Shown here: positions 37,521-46,826 of the stretch, piece by piece
Layout: each line of letters begins with the position of its first letter
Numbering within the stretch: position 1 is the first letter of the stretch
Origin: a virus
DNA length: 64,000 bases
Virus record (IMG/VR): IMGVR_UViG_3300037882_001492
Coordinates: 32,001-96,000 of that record
Reading direction: 5' to 3' (one strand)
The notes under the pieces: generated by a model
Told to the model about the DNA's origin: nothing
The model's database searches: none
The model's input: only the letters and a program-made list of their open reading frames with translations
Position numbers and translations under genes: made by a program

Positions 37521-37757
37521 TTATTTAGTAAATTCTTTAATAAGAACTGTTGTGTATAAATCATCTTGATGTTTATTTTTAATTTCCTCAGCTTCTTCTA
37601 AAGTTTTAGCTTTTCCAAGAAAGCAATACGCATGACGGCCAAAATGGGCAGTTCGTGTTTGTCTAAGAATTGCAAATTTATAAATTGCTTTATCGTATCC
37701 AATCAAAAGCATTCCTAAATCTTTGCAATAAACTGAATCGTTCTCTTTAATTCTCAT
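37521..37757 (-). CDS. hypothetical protein
   Basis: ORF track. Confidence 0.5.
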   Translation of the reverse strand: MRIKENDSVYCKDLGMLLIGYDKAIYKFAILRQTRTAHFGRHAYCFLGKAKTLEEAEEIKNKHQDDLYTTVLIKEFTK

Positions 37758-38064
37758 TAAAATGATTGTAGATTGAAGGGTATTCTGTTATAATAGAAAC
37801 TCGTCCGTTGACTACTCTCATAAGTGCTGGTGCTACTGTTACAGAAAAGGTTCCCCATAATTCAGGGAAATCAGACGCACTAATAACATATAAAATATTA
37901 TCTCTATTTGGAAATCTAGCGGCCCATTTTTCTGCTTGGATTAACATTTTTTTGCAGTAATCGTCATGGTCTGAAATCATCAGAACATCAAATGTTTTTC
38001 CCTTGCGTTTCTTTAGAAGAAGTTTTGCTTCTTCGGGATCAGAAATTCTTTCTATGTCTCTCAT
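37747..38064 (-). CDS. thioredoxin-fold-like protein lacking CxxC
   Basis: DDYC at the helix start; PEL...F.V..APAL....NG pattern. Confidence 0.5.
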   Translation of the reverse strand: MRDIERISDPEEAKLLLKKRKGKTFDVLMISDHDDYCKKMLIQAEKWAARFPNRDNILYVISASDFPELWGTFSVTVAPALMRVVNGRVSIITEYPSIYNHFNEN

Positions 38065-38453
38065 TAAATTACTTCTTCGAAAATTTCTGTGCCATCAGCC
38101 AATACTTGTCCGTTAAATTTATAATCTCTTTCATATTTTAGAAATTCCATTTTAGGTACACCGAAATCTTTTTGAAGATTATGTATTGTTTTGTGGCGAA
38201 CATAACAACTACGAAATCCATTCGTGCAACGCATAACAGAAATCGGTTTTGATTCCAAACCATCAGCCGATCTTAAAATAATAGATTTAGTTTGTGGGAC
38301 AGATTGTGCTATTAATTCTTCTCTTCTAATGTCTTGGAGTTCCCCAAGTACCTCACTATAGGTAGCCGCACGATCAAACAGTTTGCGTTCAAAAGAGTCA
38401 CTAATTTTATGCTTTAAAAAATCATGCATTCTTTGATATGAATTATGTTTCAT
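38064..38453 (-). CDS. hypothetical protein
   Basis: ORF track; TAATG coupling. Confidence 0.55.
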   Translation of the reverse strand: MKHNSYQRMHDFLKHKISDSFERKLFDRAATYSEVLGELQDIRREELIAQSVPQTKSIILRSADGLESKPISVMRCTNGFRSCYVRHKTIHNLQKDFGVPKMEFLKYERDYKFNGQVLADGTEIFEEVI

Positions 38454-38824
38454 TACGAACTAGCCTCCATTTGTTCTACTTTCTCTGATGATTCTTCGGC
38501 CATTACAGCATTTGCTTTGGCTTTAATTTCTTCTAAGGCTCTCTTCATTTCTTCTGAAATTGATGCAAGACCTCGCATAAAGATTTGACGCATTAAATCA
38601 TCGCTAGATGCAATGTCTTTAAAAGCCTCTTTAATGAAATTAAATTGTTCCGTCCCTTGTTTGTCTAGTTTTAAATAAATTTTCATTCTTCTATCGGTTT
38701 TTGTTTTACTTGTAAAGGTTAATTGATTGATATCAATTTTTTGCATCTGTTCAGATTTATCTGCTAATTTCAGCATTGTGTCCGACAGATATTCTAGTAA
38801 CTCTTTTTTCTGTGCCGAATCCAT
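38453..38824 (-). CDS. hypothetical protein
   Basis: ORF track; TATAAT upstream. Confidence 0.6.
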   Translation of the reverse strand: MDSAQKKELLEYLSDTMLKLADKSEQMQKIDINQLTFTSKTKTDRRMKIYLKLDKQGTEQFNFIKEAFKDIASSDDLMRQIFMRGLASISEEMKRALEEIKAKANAVMAEESSEKVEQMEASS

Positions 38825-38895
38825 TGTGGTTCTTCCTATTATACTAGCCCATAGAAATTTTCAAAAAAATTCGATAGGAAAACTATAATACTGTA

Positions 38896-39432
38896 ATGGA
38901 TCTTGATAAATTATTAGAGGATAAAGAGTTTGGAAGAAAGAAACGAGTCAACTCAAAACAAAAGGGAAGTAGATTTGAGCGTGATATTGTAAAATTCTTA
39001 AATGAACGCTTTGGCAATTACGGCAAATTTGCACGAACACCAGGAAGCGGCGCATTCGCAACAACGCATGATCTTCCAGACCATATTATCTTGCATGAAG
39101 ATATTATCGCTCCTAAGAACTTCCAGTTTCTCATTGAATGTAAAAATGGTTATGACTTAGACCTAACTGATTTATTTAATTTTAACTCGCAACTTTACAA
39201 GTGGATTCAAAAACTTGAAGCCAAAAGTTTTGAAAACGCTCAGAAATGGTGTATAATATATAAAAAGAATAGAAATAAGAAAGTAATAATTACTAATAAA
39301 GAAGTAAAAGAAGAATATACACCTATTACTATAGTAACATTAAATTCAAAGGACTTAGTTAATACTTGCTTCCTCTATGAGTTTGATGAATTTTTCAATC
39401 TTCCTGATAGTACCTTCTTTAACTTTAGTTAG
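38896..39432 (+). CDS. Holliday junction resolvase (Hjc-like PD-(D/E)xK)
   Basis: NSKQKGSRFER; RTPGSGA; DI...IECK; TATAAT 6 nt before the ATG. Confidence 0.82.
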   Translation: MDLDKLLEDKEFGRKKRVNSKQKGSRFERDIVKFLNERFGNYGKFARTPGSGAFATTHDLPDHIILHEDIIAPKNFQFLIECKNGYDLDLTDLFNFNSQLYKWIQKLEAKSFENAQKWCIIYKKNRNKKVIITNKEVKEEYTPITIVTLNSKDLVNTCFLYEFDEFFNLPDSTFFNFS

Positions 39433-41829
39433 TTTACTTTGTTCTCTAATAGAGATTCCATCTTTTTCTAAGAAATCTTTTTCTAAACGAAGACCAATTC
39501 TAACTCGTCTATCTGCATCATCACCTTTAGCAGAAACATCAATATAGCCAACTTTCTTTTTACTATTACGATCAATGAATTGGATTTGATTAAATGCATC
39601 TGATCCTGCCATTTCTACATCACAATCATCAATAAGAGATTTCATTATAGTATGATTAGTTGTCATTACAGATTCTTGTGGAGTAATAGACCACATTAAT
39701 TCATTCTCTAAAGTCATACTACCGGCAAGTAAGTCAGAGTAAGCAAAAGACTTAAGTAGAGATTTGTCTTTTTGAACCATTACTGCACGAACAAACCTAA
39801 AGAGACTTTGTTTAGTTTGTTCAATTTTATTGTAATCCGATGAGAACTTAATGGCATTGACTTTCTTTTCAATCTCATTCCATTCCTGTTTCATATCAAT
39901 GTCAGGGCCAACCATTCTTTCAATTCTTGTCTTAAAACTTTCGTAAGAAAGCTGATTTGAAGTTTTTGGATTTAAGTGAGAGATTGGCTTAAAGACATTT
40001 TCTACCATGCCGGTAATATAGGAATTTATTTCAGATCCTTTTTTGGCTGCGGATTTGAACTGTTTATTTTCAATCTTCGAAGACATGTATTCAAGCATTT
40101 GTTCTCTTTCATCGTGCTTTCTCTGAGCCTCTGGTGTTTTATGTTGAGAATCCAAATAGAGTGCAGGATTATAAGATACAGAGATATTTGTTCCTCCCAT
40201 ATCAAGTCGTGCATTCGATGAATAGGTTTTCAAAGAAACTGGGATATTTTCACCGTCGAAATCCAATCCGAAATTATCTTTTAAGTAAGAATTGAATTTC
40301 ATTGAATCTTCTGGATTCGAGAAGTTAATTACAAAGTCGTCTTTCTTATTAGCGGTTGAAGTTCCACCAGTATGTTCAGCAGAGAGATTTGCAGGATCAA
40401 CACCAGCTTTCTTCAAATGAGACAGCATTAGATTGACATTTCGATTCAAATATTGAGCGTGAGCAATTACAGGATTATCCAATTCAGTACCAGTTAATCC
40501 TTCTTGAATTAACGAGATAGTTTCAAAGGGATCTTCGTCAGATAAAATACCGGCAGTAGGTAATTGATTTTTGATCGTATCAGCAAAGTCAAATACACCT
40601 TTGATGTAGTTTTCTAATTCTTCTGTTGCTGCTGCTAATTCATCTTGATTTTCTGCTGCTTTAGCAAATGCAGCATTGAATAATGCAGCCATGATTTTCT
40701 CATTGACAACTGCAAGTTTTCTATTCAATGCATTTCCGTCTTGTGCAAACGAGCGTTGAAGTAATGGTTTTGAATAACTTCCATCAACTTTCTTCTCAAC
40801 AACTTTTAAAAGAGCTTCACATAATGGTTGGGTGTATTCACCAAAGGAAATTCCATATTGTGCGTTTGCTTGTTTTCCATCGAACTTTAACAAAGCATCA
40901 TACAATTCTGGCATTGCAGTAAAATCCCCGTTTCGTCTTCCAAAGTAAATTCCTTTAGAAGATCCAGTAGCGTTTTCAGCAAAACCCCTATCTCTAGCAG
41001 TAATGCAAGTTAGTAATTGTTTGATTTCAGGAGTTAGTGATTTACTATCAACATATTTCTGTCCTTTCTCATCAACTTGAATCTCTCTAACTAAACCAAT
41101 AAGTTTTAGATGTGCTTCTAATAATTCTTGTTGAACAAGTGGAGATAAGGTTGGATTTGCTCCGTCTCTTAAACTTCTTTTAAACTCAAGAATGTTTGTA
41201 CTTGCACTCGACATTCCAGGATCTCCTGTTATTAAATCTACTAATTTACTAACTTCAATTCCAGGAACTACTTTATCACAAGTTCTCTTATAAACTTCCA
41301 TATCTTCTGGATCAACCATAAACGGTTCCCATAGATTTTGGATTGCTCCTAATGCAGCATCAAAAGCGGTCTTTGGTGCCATTGGATCTTCCTCTGCTGC
41401 TTGTGCTGCTTTATATGGATTTTCAGCCGTAGAACCGCCTAGCGTGTCTCCTTCGACTCCCGCGTCCCTTCCGATCAGTTCTTTCAGGTACGCGATAAAA
41501 ACATCAACTAATGCCGCGTCAATCGAGGCTGGAACAGGTCTGCCCCCATTCCCCATCTTCATAAACATTATTTTACCAGAAGGTGTAGAACCGCGCGTTG
41601 GTTTTTGTCCTTGTCTAAAATACGGAACATACAAAGCAGCGGTTTGAGCGTTAGTTTTCCAAGAGTTATTTTCAAAGTTCTTTAGAAGGGTAACTCTATC
41701 TTGTGCTTTTGTTGCAGGCCAAGCCGGTAATCCAGGTCTTAGTCTATTAACATTAACTCCTTGAAAAATCTCTGATTCTTCAATTACTTTCTTGGAATTA
41801 ACAAACTTTCTAACGCTTTCAATGGACAT
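39355..41829 (-). CDS. large late protein of unknown function (likely start MSIES at 41829)
   Basis: Long ORF directly after the tail tube; KxDD...VSLK motif mid-protein. Confidence 0.7.
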   Translation of the reverse strand: MSIESVRKFVNSKKVIEESEIFQGVNVNRLRPGLPAWPATKAQDRVTLLKNFENNSWKTNAQTAALYVPYFRQGQKPTRGSTPSGKIMFMKMGNGGRPVPASIDAALVDVFIAYLKELIGRDAGVEGDTLGGSTAENPYKAAQAAEEDPMAPKTAFDAALGAIQNLWEPFMVDPEDMEVYKRTCDKVVPGIEVSKLVDLITGDPGMSSASTNILEFKRSLRDGANPTLSPLVQQELLEAHLKLIGLVREIQVDEKGQKYVDSKSLTPEIKQLLTCITARDRGFAENATGSSKGIYFGRRNGDFTAMPELYDALLKFDGKQANAQYGISFGEYTQPLCEALLKVVEKKVDGSYSKPLLQRSFAQDGNALNRKLAVVNEKIMAALFNAAFAKAAENQDELAAATEELENYIKGVFDFADTIKNQLPTAGILSDEDPFETISLIQEGLTGTELDNPVIAHAQYLNRNVNLMLSHLKKAGVDPANLSAEHTGGTSTANKKDDFVINFSNPEDSMKFNSYLKDNFGLDFDGENIPVSLKTYSSNARLDMGGTNISVSYNPALYLDSQHKTPEAQRKHDEREQMLEYMSSKIENKQFKSAAKKGSEINSYITGMVENVFKPISHLNPKTSNQLSYESFKTRIERMVGPDIDMKQEWNEIEKKVNAIKFSSDYNKIEQTKQSLFRFVRAVMVQKDKSLLKSFAYSDLLAGSMTLENELMWSITPQESVMTTNHTIMKSLIDDCDVEMAGSDAFNQIQFIDRNSKKKVGYIDVSAKGDDADRRVRIGLRLEKDFLEKDGISIREQSKLTKVKEGTIRKIEKFIKLIEEASIN

Positions 41830-41859
41830 AAAAAAACCCCTCTCTTTATTTAGAGAGGG
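41830..41859 (-). terminator. intrinsic terminator after the tail tube gene, containing CTAAATA
   Basis: CCCTCTCT-AAATAA-AGAGAGGG then G and T7. Confidence 0.8.
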
Positions 41860-41876
41860 ATTCACACAAAGAACAA

Positions 41877-42542
41877 TTAGTTAATTCCACCAATACCGTC
41901 AAATAGTTTGTCAAAAATGTTATCTTCGATTCGATATTGTGCAATAAAGTCATATTTGAAAGTCATTTCAATTGTTGACATTTCGTTAGTTGAATAATTG
42001 AATTCTGATGTTTTCCAAGACTTAGGCCAAGCACCATAAAGTTTAATTTCAAGTTTAGGGTTTCTGTGGTGGTCTAGTTGAATAAGTGAAATAGTTCTTT
42101 TGAATTGGTCAGGAATTACAACAGGAGCCGAGTGAACACCGTAGATAGGATCATAAGTAGTTCTCATCCAAGTAAACAACAGTTTTGCGGCATCGCCTTT
42201 GATTAAGTTATCAAATGAAATTACACACTCTTCTGTAGTTGCTTTGCCTGGGAAGAACATTCTATCGTTTACACGATCTACAACAATTTCTTCTACTGTA
42301 TATCCTAATTGAGAAACAGATTTAACTGCCATTGACAGAACATCTGAACCATCAGTTAAACCTAAAGAATTATCAATAGTTCCAAGCAATCCCGCAAGAT
42401 TAGGAACTCGTAAAATCCAAGAATACGCTCTAAAAGAATCGTATTGATGGGTTAGTCTATGTCCGTCTGTTATTGAAATGTCTAAAGCACGATCTTGTTG
42501 TTTTAGAATTTCATTTACGGCTGCGTCGGAATTTAAAGGCAT
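41877..42542 (-). CDS. tail tube protein (gp19-like)
   Basis: FPGK; W...YDP..G; LYGAWP; FNYS...IEMTFKYD; follows the sheath; CTAAATA at 42549-42555. Confidence 0.85.
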   Translation of the reverse strand: MPLNSDAAVNEILKQQDRALDISITDGHRLTHQYDSFRAYSWILRVPNLAGLLGTIDNSLGLTDGSDVLSMAVKSVSQLGYTVEEIVVDRVNDRMFFPGKATTEECVISFDNLIKGDAAKLLFTWMRTTYDPIYGVHSAPVVIPDQFKRTISLIQLDHHRNPKLEIKLYGAWPKSWKTSEFNYSTNEMSTIEMTFKYDFIAQYRIEDNIFDKLFDGIGGIN

Positions 42543-42558
42543 TTCTTATATTTAGAGA

Positions 42559-44817
42559 TTATAGGATAATCTTACCTGTTTGGTTAGTGAAGTTCAATTC
42601 GAAATTGATTTCTTCCGCTGCTTTTGTAGGAGTTACAATGATTCGGCACCACAGTTCCCCTCTGTCAACTCTAGCAGGAGTGTTTACAGATTCATCACAC
42701 AAGATTGTGTATTTTCTAATATCTCGCTTCGATTTTAATTCGGCAAGATATGGATTGATTGTTGCAATGATTTGCGACCACAAGATAGGATCGTTTGGTT
42801 TGAATACAAACTGACGGCCGACTCTTAGCAATACTTTAGAAAGAGAAATTAATCCGTTTCTTACATTGATTCGATCTAAAGCGGTACTTGCTCTTTGAGT
42901 GTCTTTTTGACCCCAAACTACAATTCCATCTCGATCAAATTTCATAATTGGGTTAATTACGGCATCGTATAGAATTCCACCGTTTCCAGCAACTTTAACT
43001 TCTGTATCTGTTGCTCTAGTAACTTTACCGTTTTCAATACCGGCAGGGATCGCCCAATCTGTATCGCGTCTGATTTTTGAAAGAAGTTGAATGTATGCCG
43101 CTACGATTGCAGGATCGTAATAACGATCTACTCCTGCAAATCTATCGAACATTTCAACCCACGGCCAATACACATCTACATAAGTGTTATTAAGTGCCGC
43201 AGTTCTTCCGTCTCCCAAACCATTTACCCAAGCAACGGCTCTTTGTTCAGAGTTTAATCCTTCGGGCGGTGAAATGATGGCATTGAATCTGCCCGTTTCG
43301 CTGGCAACTGTGGCAAGTTCATTTTGAACTTGTTGAGCAGTAATTCCAGGAACAATAGCAAGATCAACCGAAAGATTAGGATCTCGTAATGCTTGAATTC
43401 CAGTTTGAGAAGCTTGGCTTCCGATTAGTGCATTTAAGATATCGGAATCTGTTACAGAGCCATCTTCGTCAGCCACATCCCCGTTTACACCACCAGCAAA
43501 ACTGTATGTGCCAGGAATAAGTTTACCGAAGATTAAGGTTTGCATTGCAGCACTTTCTTCTCTAGAGGCTCTTGCAGTAAATGTCGAACCCCAAGCAGCG
43601 GGAACAGAAACTACAGAAGTTGCAGCGAATCCACCACCAGAATCAATCGAGCCAAAGCGAGCATAGTAGTAATCAGAAGTATTTCTATCACCATAATCAT
43701 AAATGTTTAAAGTATCAAGAACCCAACCCGATCCACCTGATAGATCGTCTACAAAGGCTACTTTATATGCTTCTCTAGTTGCACCATCAGAGTTGATTTG
43801 AACGGTTACATCTTTACCTTTGTTTGCCGCAACAATAGCTTGCATACCATAAGTTTTGAAACCATCTCTTGTTGAGGAAGTTACATAATTGTAACCCGCA
43901 CCAGGATGTAGCGATTCAAGGTTGAACACGCCCGCACTTGCATTACCAGAAAGTAAAGTATTGCCCACAGACGAGCAAGCACTTGTCATTTGCCCAACAT
44001 AAGCACCTGTATTTGCTAACCATCCAGCAGTTCCAGTAAGCATAGTGTATGCCACACCGGGAGTTCCAAACAATCTAATGTTGTTTCCGTTTCCGCTAAA
44101 ATAACTTGCAGAAGCTTGTGCTAAAATTTGCGCTTGAGAAGGAGTCGAAATTACACCAAGCGAATATTCAACTGGTCTTCCACCACCACCTGCGGCGTAC
44201 CCTGTTCCACCAACAGCGGAGAACAGAGAAACATTTCCGCCGTATCCAGACACATTCATTGTGCAAGCAGATCCAGCATAATTACTTACAAAGTAACCTA
44301 GCGAATCAGAAGCACTTACGAAACTGAATGGGGCTTCGGAAGGAAGGAAGGTATCAACAGCGGTTTTAATCGCTCCGATTGGGTTGCTTCCCGAAGGTGT
44401 AGCAACGAAATAAGGTTCAGAGTTTACAGCAACTCCATCTTGGTTTGCAATATTGATAAAGAAAGCGTGAGAGTAATTTGATTGGATTCCAGACACCCCA
44501 ACGAAAGGAGAAGTTCCAACTAGTAAATTACCTTTTGCTTCTTCTTGCATCGGAGAAGCGCATCTAATGTAATACAGTTGATTTGTGATTGCAAGTAATT
44601 CATGTAACGCAAGCAACCCTTGTCCACCTGTATAGCGGGTAGGATCACCAAAAATAGCATCGGCTCTTTCTGACGATTGAATTAAAGTAGCCTCGCCTAC
44701 CGGACCTTTTGACGCAAATCCGATAATTGCCGCTGCTTGGTTATTATCAGACGGAACATAGTCCGATTGATCGTTTACTTGAATATAAACCCCAGGTCCG
44801 TTTTTATTTAAAGCCAT
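42559..44817 (-). CDS. tail sheath protein (gp18-like)
   Basis: PGVY...DQS; GFASKGPV; FGDP; YWPWV; PAG; INPI; VWGQK; ALDRINVR; PTKAAE. Confidence 0.95.
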   Translation of the reverse strand: MALNKNGPGVYIQVNDQSDYVPSDNNQAAAIIGFASKGPVGEATLIQSSERADAIFGDPTRYTGGQGLLALHELLAITNQLYYIRCASPMQEEAKGNLLVGTSPFVGVSGIQSNYSHAFFINIANQDGVAVNSEPYFVATPSGSNPIGAIKTAVDTFLPSEAPFSFVSASDSLGYFVSNYAGSACTMNVSGYGGNVSLFSAVGGTGYAAGGGGRPVEYSLGVISTPSQAQILAQASASYFSGNGNNIRLFGTPGVAYTMLTGTAGWLANTGAYVGQMTSACSSVGNTLLSGNASAGVFNLESLHPGAGYNYVTSSTRDGFKTYGMQAIVAANKGKDVTVQINSDGATREAYKVAFVDDLSGGSGWVLDTLNIYDYGDRNTSDYYYARFGSIDSGGGFAATSVVSVPAAWGSTFTARASREESAAMQTLIFGKLIPGTYSFAGGVNGDVADEDGSVTDSDILNALIGSQASQTGIQALRDPNLSVDLAIVPGITAQQVQNELATVASETGRFNAIISPPEGLNSEQRAVAWVNGLGDGRTAALNNTYVDVYWPWVEMFDRFAGVDRYYDPAIVAAYIQLLSKIRRDTDWAIPAGIENGKVTRATDTEVKVAGNGGILYDAVINPIMKFDRDGIVVWGQKDTQRASTALDRINVRNGLISLSKVLLRVGRQFVFKPNDPILWSQIIATINPYLAELKSKRDIRKYTILCDESVNTPARVDRGELWCRIIVTPTKAAEEINFELNFTNQTGKIIL

Positions 44818-44820
44818 TTG

Positions 44821-45060
44821 TTATTCTATAACCTCTTTTACTGAAATTTGATTTCTCTTCTCTAACTCCGAGAAAGCATTCGATCTTTTGAATCCATACG
44901 GAAGTTTAACCGAACCTTTAGCAGTTAGAAGATAATGCTCCCATTTTGAGTTAATTTCTACAATTAATTCTTTTGATACCCATGAACGGTTTGTAACAAC
45001 ATAAAACCTTTCTTTAGATTTTAATAAATTGTTCTTCAAACTCTGTTTTGGTTTAAGCAT
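44821..45060 (-). CDS. hypothetical protein
   Basis: ORF before the sheath; GTATATA upstream. Confidence 0.55.
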   Translation of the reverse strand: MLKPKQSLKNNLLKSKERFYVVTNRSWVSKELIVEINSKWEHYLLTAKGSVKLPYGFKRSNAFSELEKRNQISVKEVIE

Positions 45061-45109
45061 TTTAATCCTATTTTATATACGCTAAACCAAAAACCATAAG
45101 GAAATATTT

Positions 45110-45862
45110 TTAAGTCTTCAAAACAAAATTGATTTCTTGAATTTTTCCTGAACTTGTAAGCATATAGTGTTTTTGCGGAATATACCCTTCAACGCTAATA
45201 ATACAAGACTTTACCAACATTCTCTCGTCTTTTGAAGGAACTACTTTAACACTTTCATCTGACCAATCAATTAAATGAGAATGAGTGGAATTTCCAAAAC
45301 TTGTTCCAAGCACTAAAAATGGGGAAAACAACAACTCTACCTGCTCGACTAGTTGAGCAAGGTCTTCCACATACTTTGCTAAAACACTAACTCTGACAGT
45401 TAAATCTACGGCTTTTGGTGCCTTAGAAATGACCCTTTGTGCGCGTCTAGCAATCGGATCAAAATAAGTGTAGTTTGTTACTTGGAAATCTGGTCTGCGT
45501 CTAGGTAAAGAGGCTTCAATATCTTCTACTGTAAACGAAATACAAGGAAGTGTTAAATTTCTTGTCTGAAAGGTTTCTACAATCGCTCTTTCACCGCCAG
45601 CATAGAACACAGAAAGATTAGTATTTAACTTATTCTCTTTTCCAATAACAAATAAATTACTTTTTAAAACATCTCTCAGTTTGGAAGTATACTCTCGTTG
45701 AAAGTCTGGTACATCCTTACTATAGCGTTCTAGTTCTTCAATCTGTTTTTTTAGAAAAGAATAAAGATAAGCATCACGATGAATATTTTTATCGAAAGCA
45801 AATGTAGCAGACACCGGAAAAGCGCCTGTTTCCAACGGGATTGTCGTATTGATTTCACTCAT
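45110..45862 (-). CDS. tail terminator / sheath-stabilising protein (gp15-like)
   Basis: ER..LTLPCIS; P..VDL......AKY.ED..Q..EQ....F.P; lies between neck and sheath. Confidence 0.65.
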   Translation of the reverse strand: MSEINTTIPLETGAFPVSATFAFDKNIHRDAYLYSFLKKQIEELERYSKDVPDFQREYTSKLRDVLKSNLFVIGKENKLNTNLSVFYAGGERAIVETFQTRNLTLPCISFTVEDIEASLPRRRPDFQVTNYTYFDPIARRAQRVISKAPKAVDLTVRVSVLAKYVEDLAQLVEQVELLFSPFLVLGTSFGNSTHSHLIDWSDESVKVVPSKDERMLVKSCIISVEGYIPQKHYMLTSSGKIQEINFVLKT

Positions 45863-46746
45863 TAAAACATTGTAAAGGGTTGCGGCGGTTCTTCAATCTC
45901 ACTCATTAACTCTTCGTTAAGAAGCTGTAATTCCGCTACACCTTCGTCATACATCTCTTTTCCATCTAATTGAGCGCCACCTTCCGGTGATGGAAGGCTT
46001 TTAAATTTCTTTCTGATATTACCTAAGTTTTTCTTACAATATGCAAGAGCATATCTTTGAATCCAGCCAACATAAAATGGGTGAAGTTTTTCCAAATCTA
46101 ATGCTCTAAATTGAACAATAACTTCTTCACCGTCTCCTGATCTTGGAGTAGGAGTAATCATTAAGAACTCTCCATTGACAATTTCAAAAGAACCGTCTCG
46201 TCCGAGAATCTTTCTAATAGTTTCTAAGTGCATTTGCATAATAAGCAAATCACTAATCATCATATCGTTGAACAAGAAGTTGTCTTGGAAATACTTAATG
46301 AAGAAGTCCATTTCTAAAGTATCGGCTTGTTGCGCGATTGTTAATAGATTCTTCTTGTATACCGCATAAACAAAGTTGTTTATCATAAATTGTGGTAATT
46401 TATATAAATTAACTCCATTTACTGTCGTGAAAGTCGCAAACTGATTGCACCATAACGGAGCATGATAATCCATCTTAGAAATTGCTTTATCAATCGCCAA
46501 ATAAATCTGATAGTCTGTTAATTCAACTTTAATAATTGGATACCCTAATTCTGCTTTAATTTGATCCCTAATGATTCCATAGAATCCAGAGAATTCCATT
46601 TGACCAGCAAAACGCTTTCTATTTAAAGTTTCATAGAAATCAACACCGTTAAAGATTGTTGACGAAGTATGAAACCTATTAGAGTCACCTAAATTGGTTC
46701 CAGCAGTTGTTCCCCATGAAGTATGGGGTTGGACATATGTTGCCAT
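45862..46746 (-). CDS. neck protein (gp13-like)
   Basis: LGYPIIKVEL; WIQRYALA..K..LG.IR.KF...PSP.GG..LDG. Confidence 0.85.
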   Translation of the reverse strand: MATYVQPHTSWGTTAGTNLGDSNRFHTSSTIFNGVDFYETLNRKRFAGQMEFSGFYGIIRDQIKAELGYPIIKVELTDYQIYLAIDKAISKMDYHAPLWCNQFATFTTVNGVNLYKLPQFMINNFVYAVYKKNLLTIAQQADTLEMDFFIKYFQDNFLFNDMMISDLLIMQMHLETIRKILGRDGSFEIVNGEFLMITPTPRSGDGEEVIVQFRALDLEKLHPFYVGWIQRYALAYCKKNLGNIRKKFKSLPSPEGGAQLDGKEMYDEGVAELQLLNEELMSEIEEPPQPFTMF

Positions 46747-46771
46747 AAATTATATACTAGTCCATAAAACT

Positions 46772-46805
46772 AAAGAAGCCTAGCATTTACACGCTAGGCT
46801 TCTTT
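46772..46805. terminator. intrinsic terminator after the major capsid gene
   Basis: aaagaagcctagc-atttacac-gctaggcttcttt inverted repeat. Confidence 0.8.
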
Positions 46806-46826
46806 TACATTAGTTATTTAAACTAA

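Noticed and set aside
41830-41865. N-terminal extension of ORF 39355..41865
   Set aside because: It runs through the terminator/promoter hairpin.
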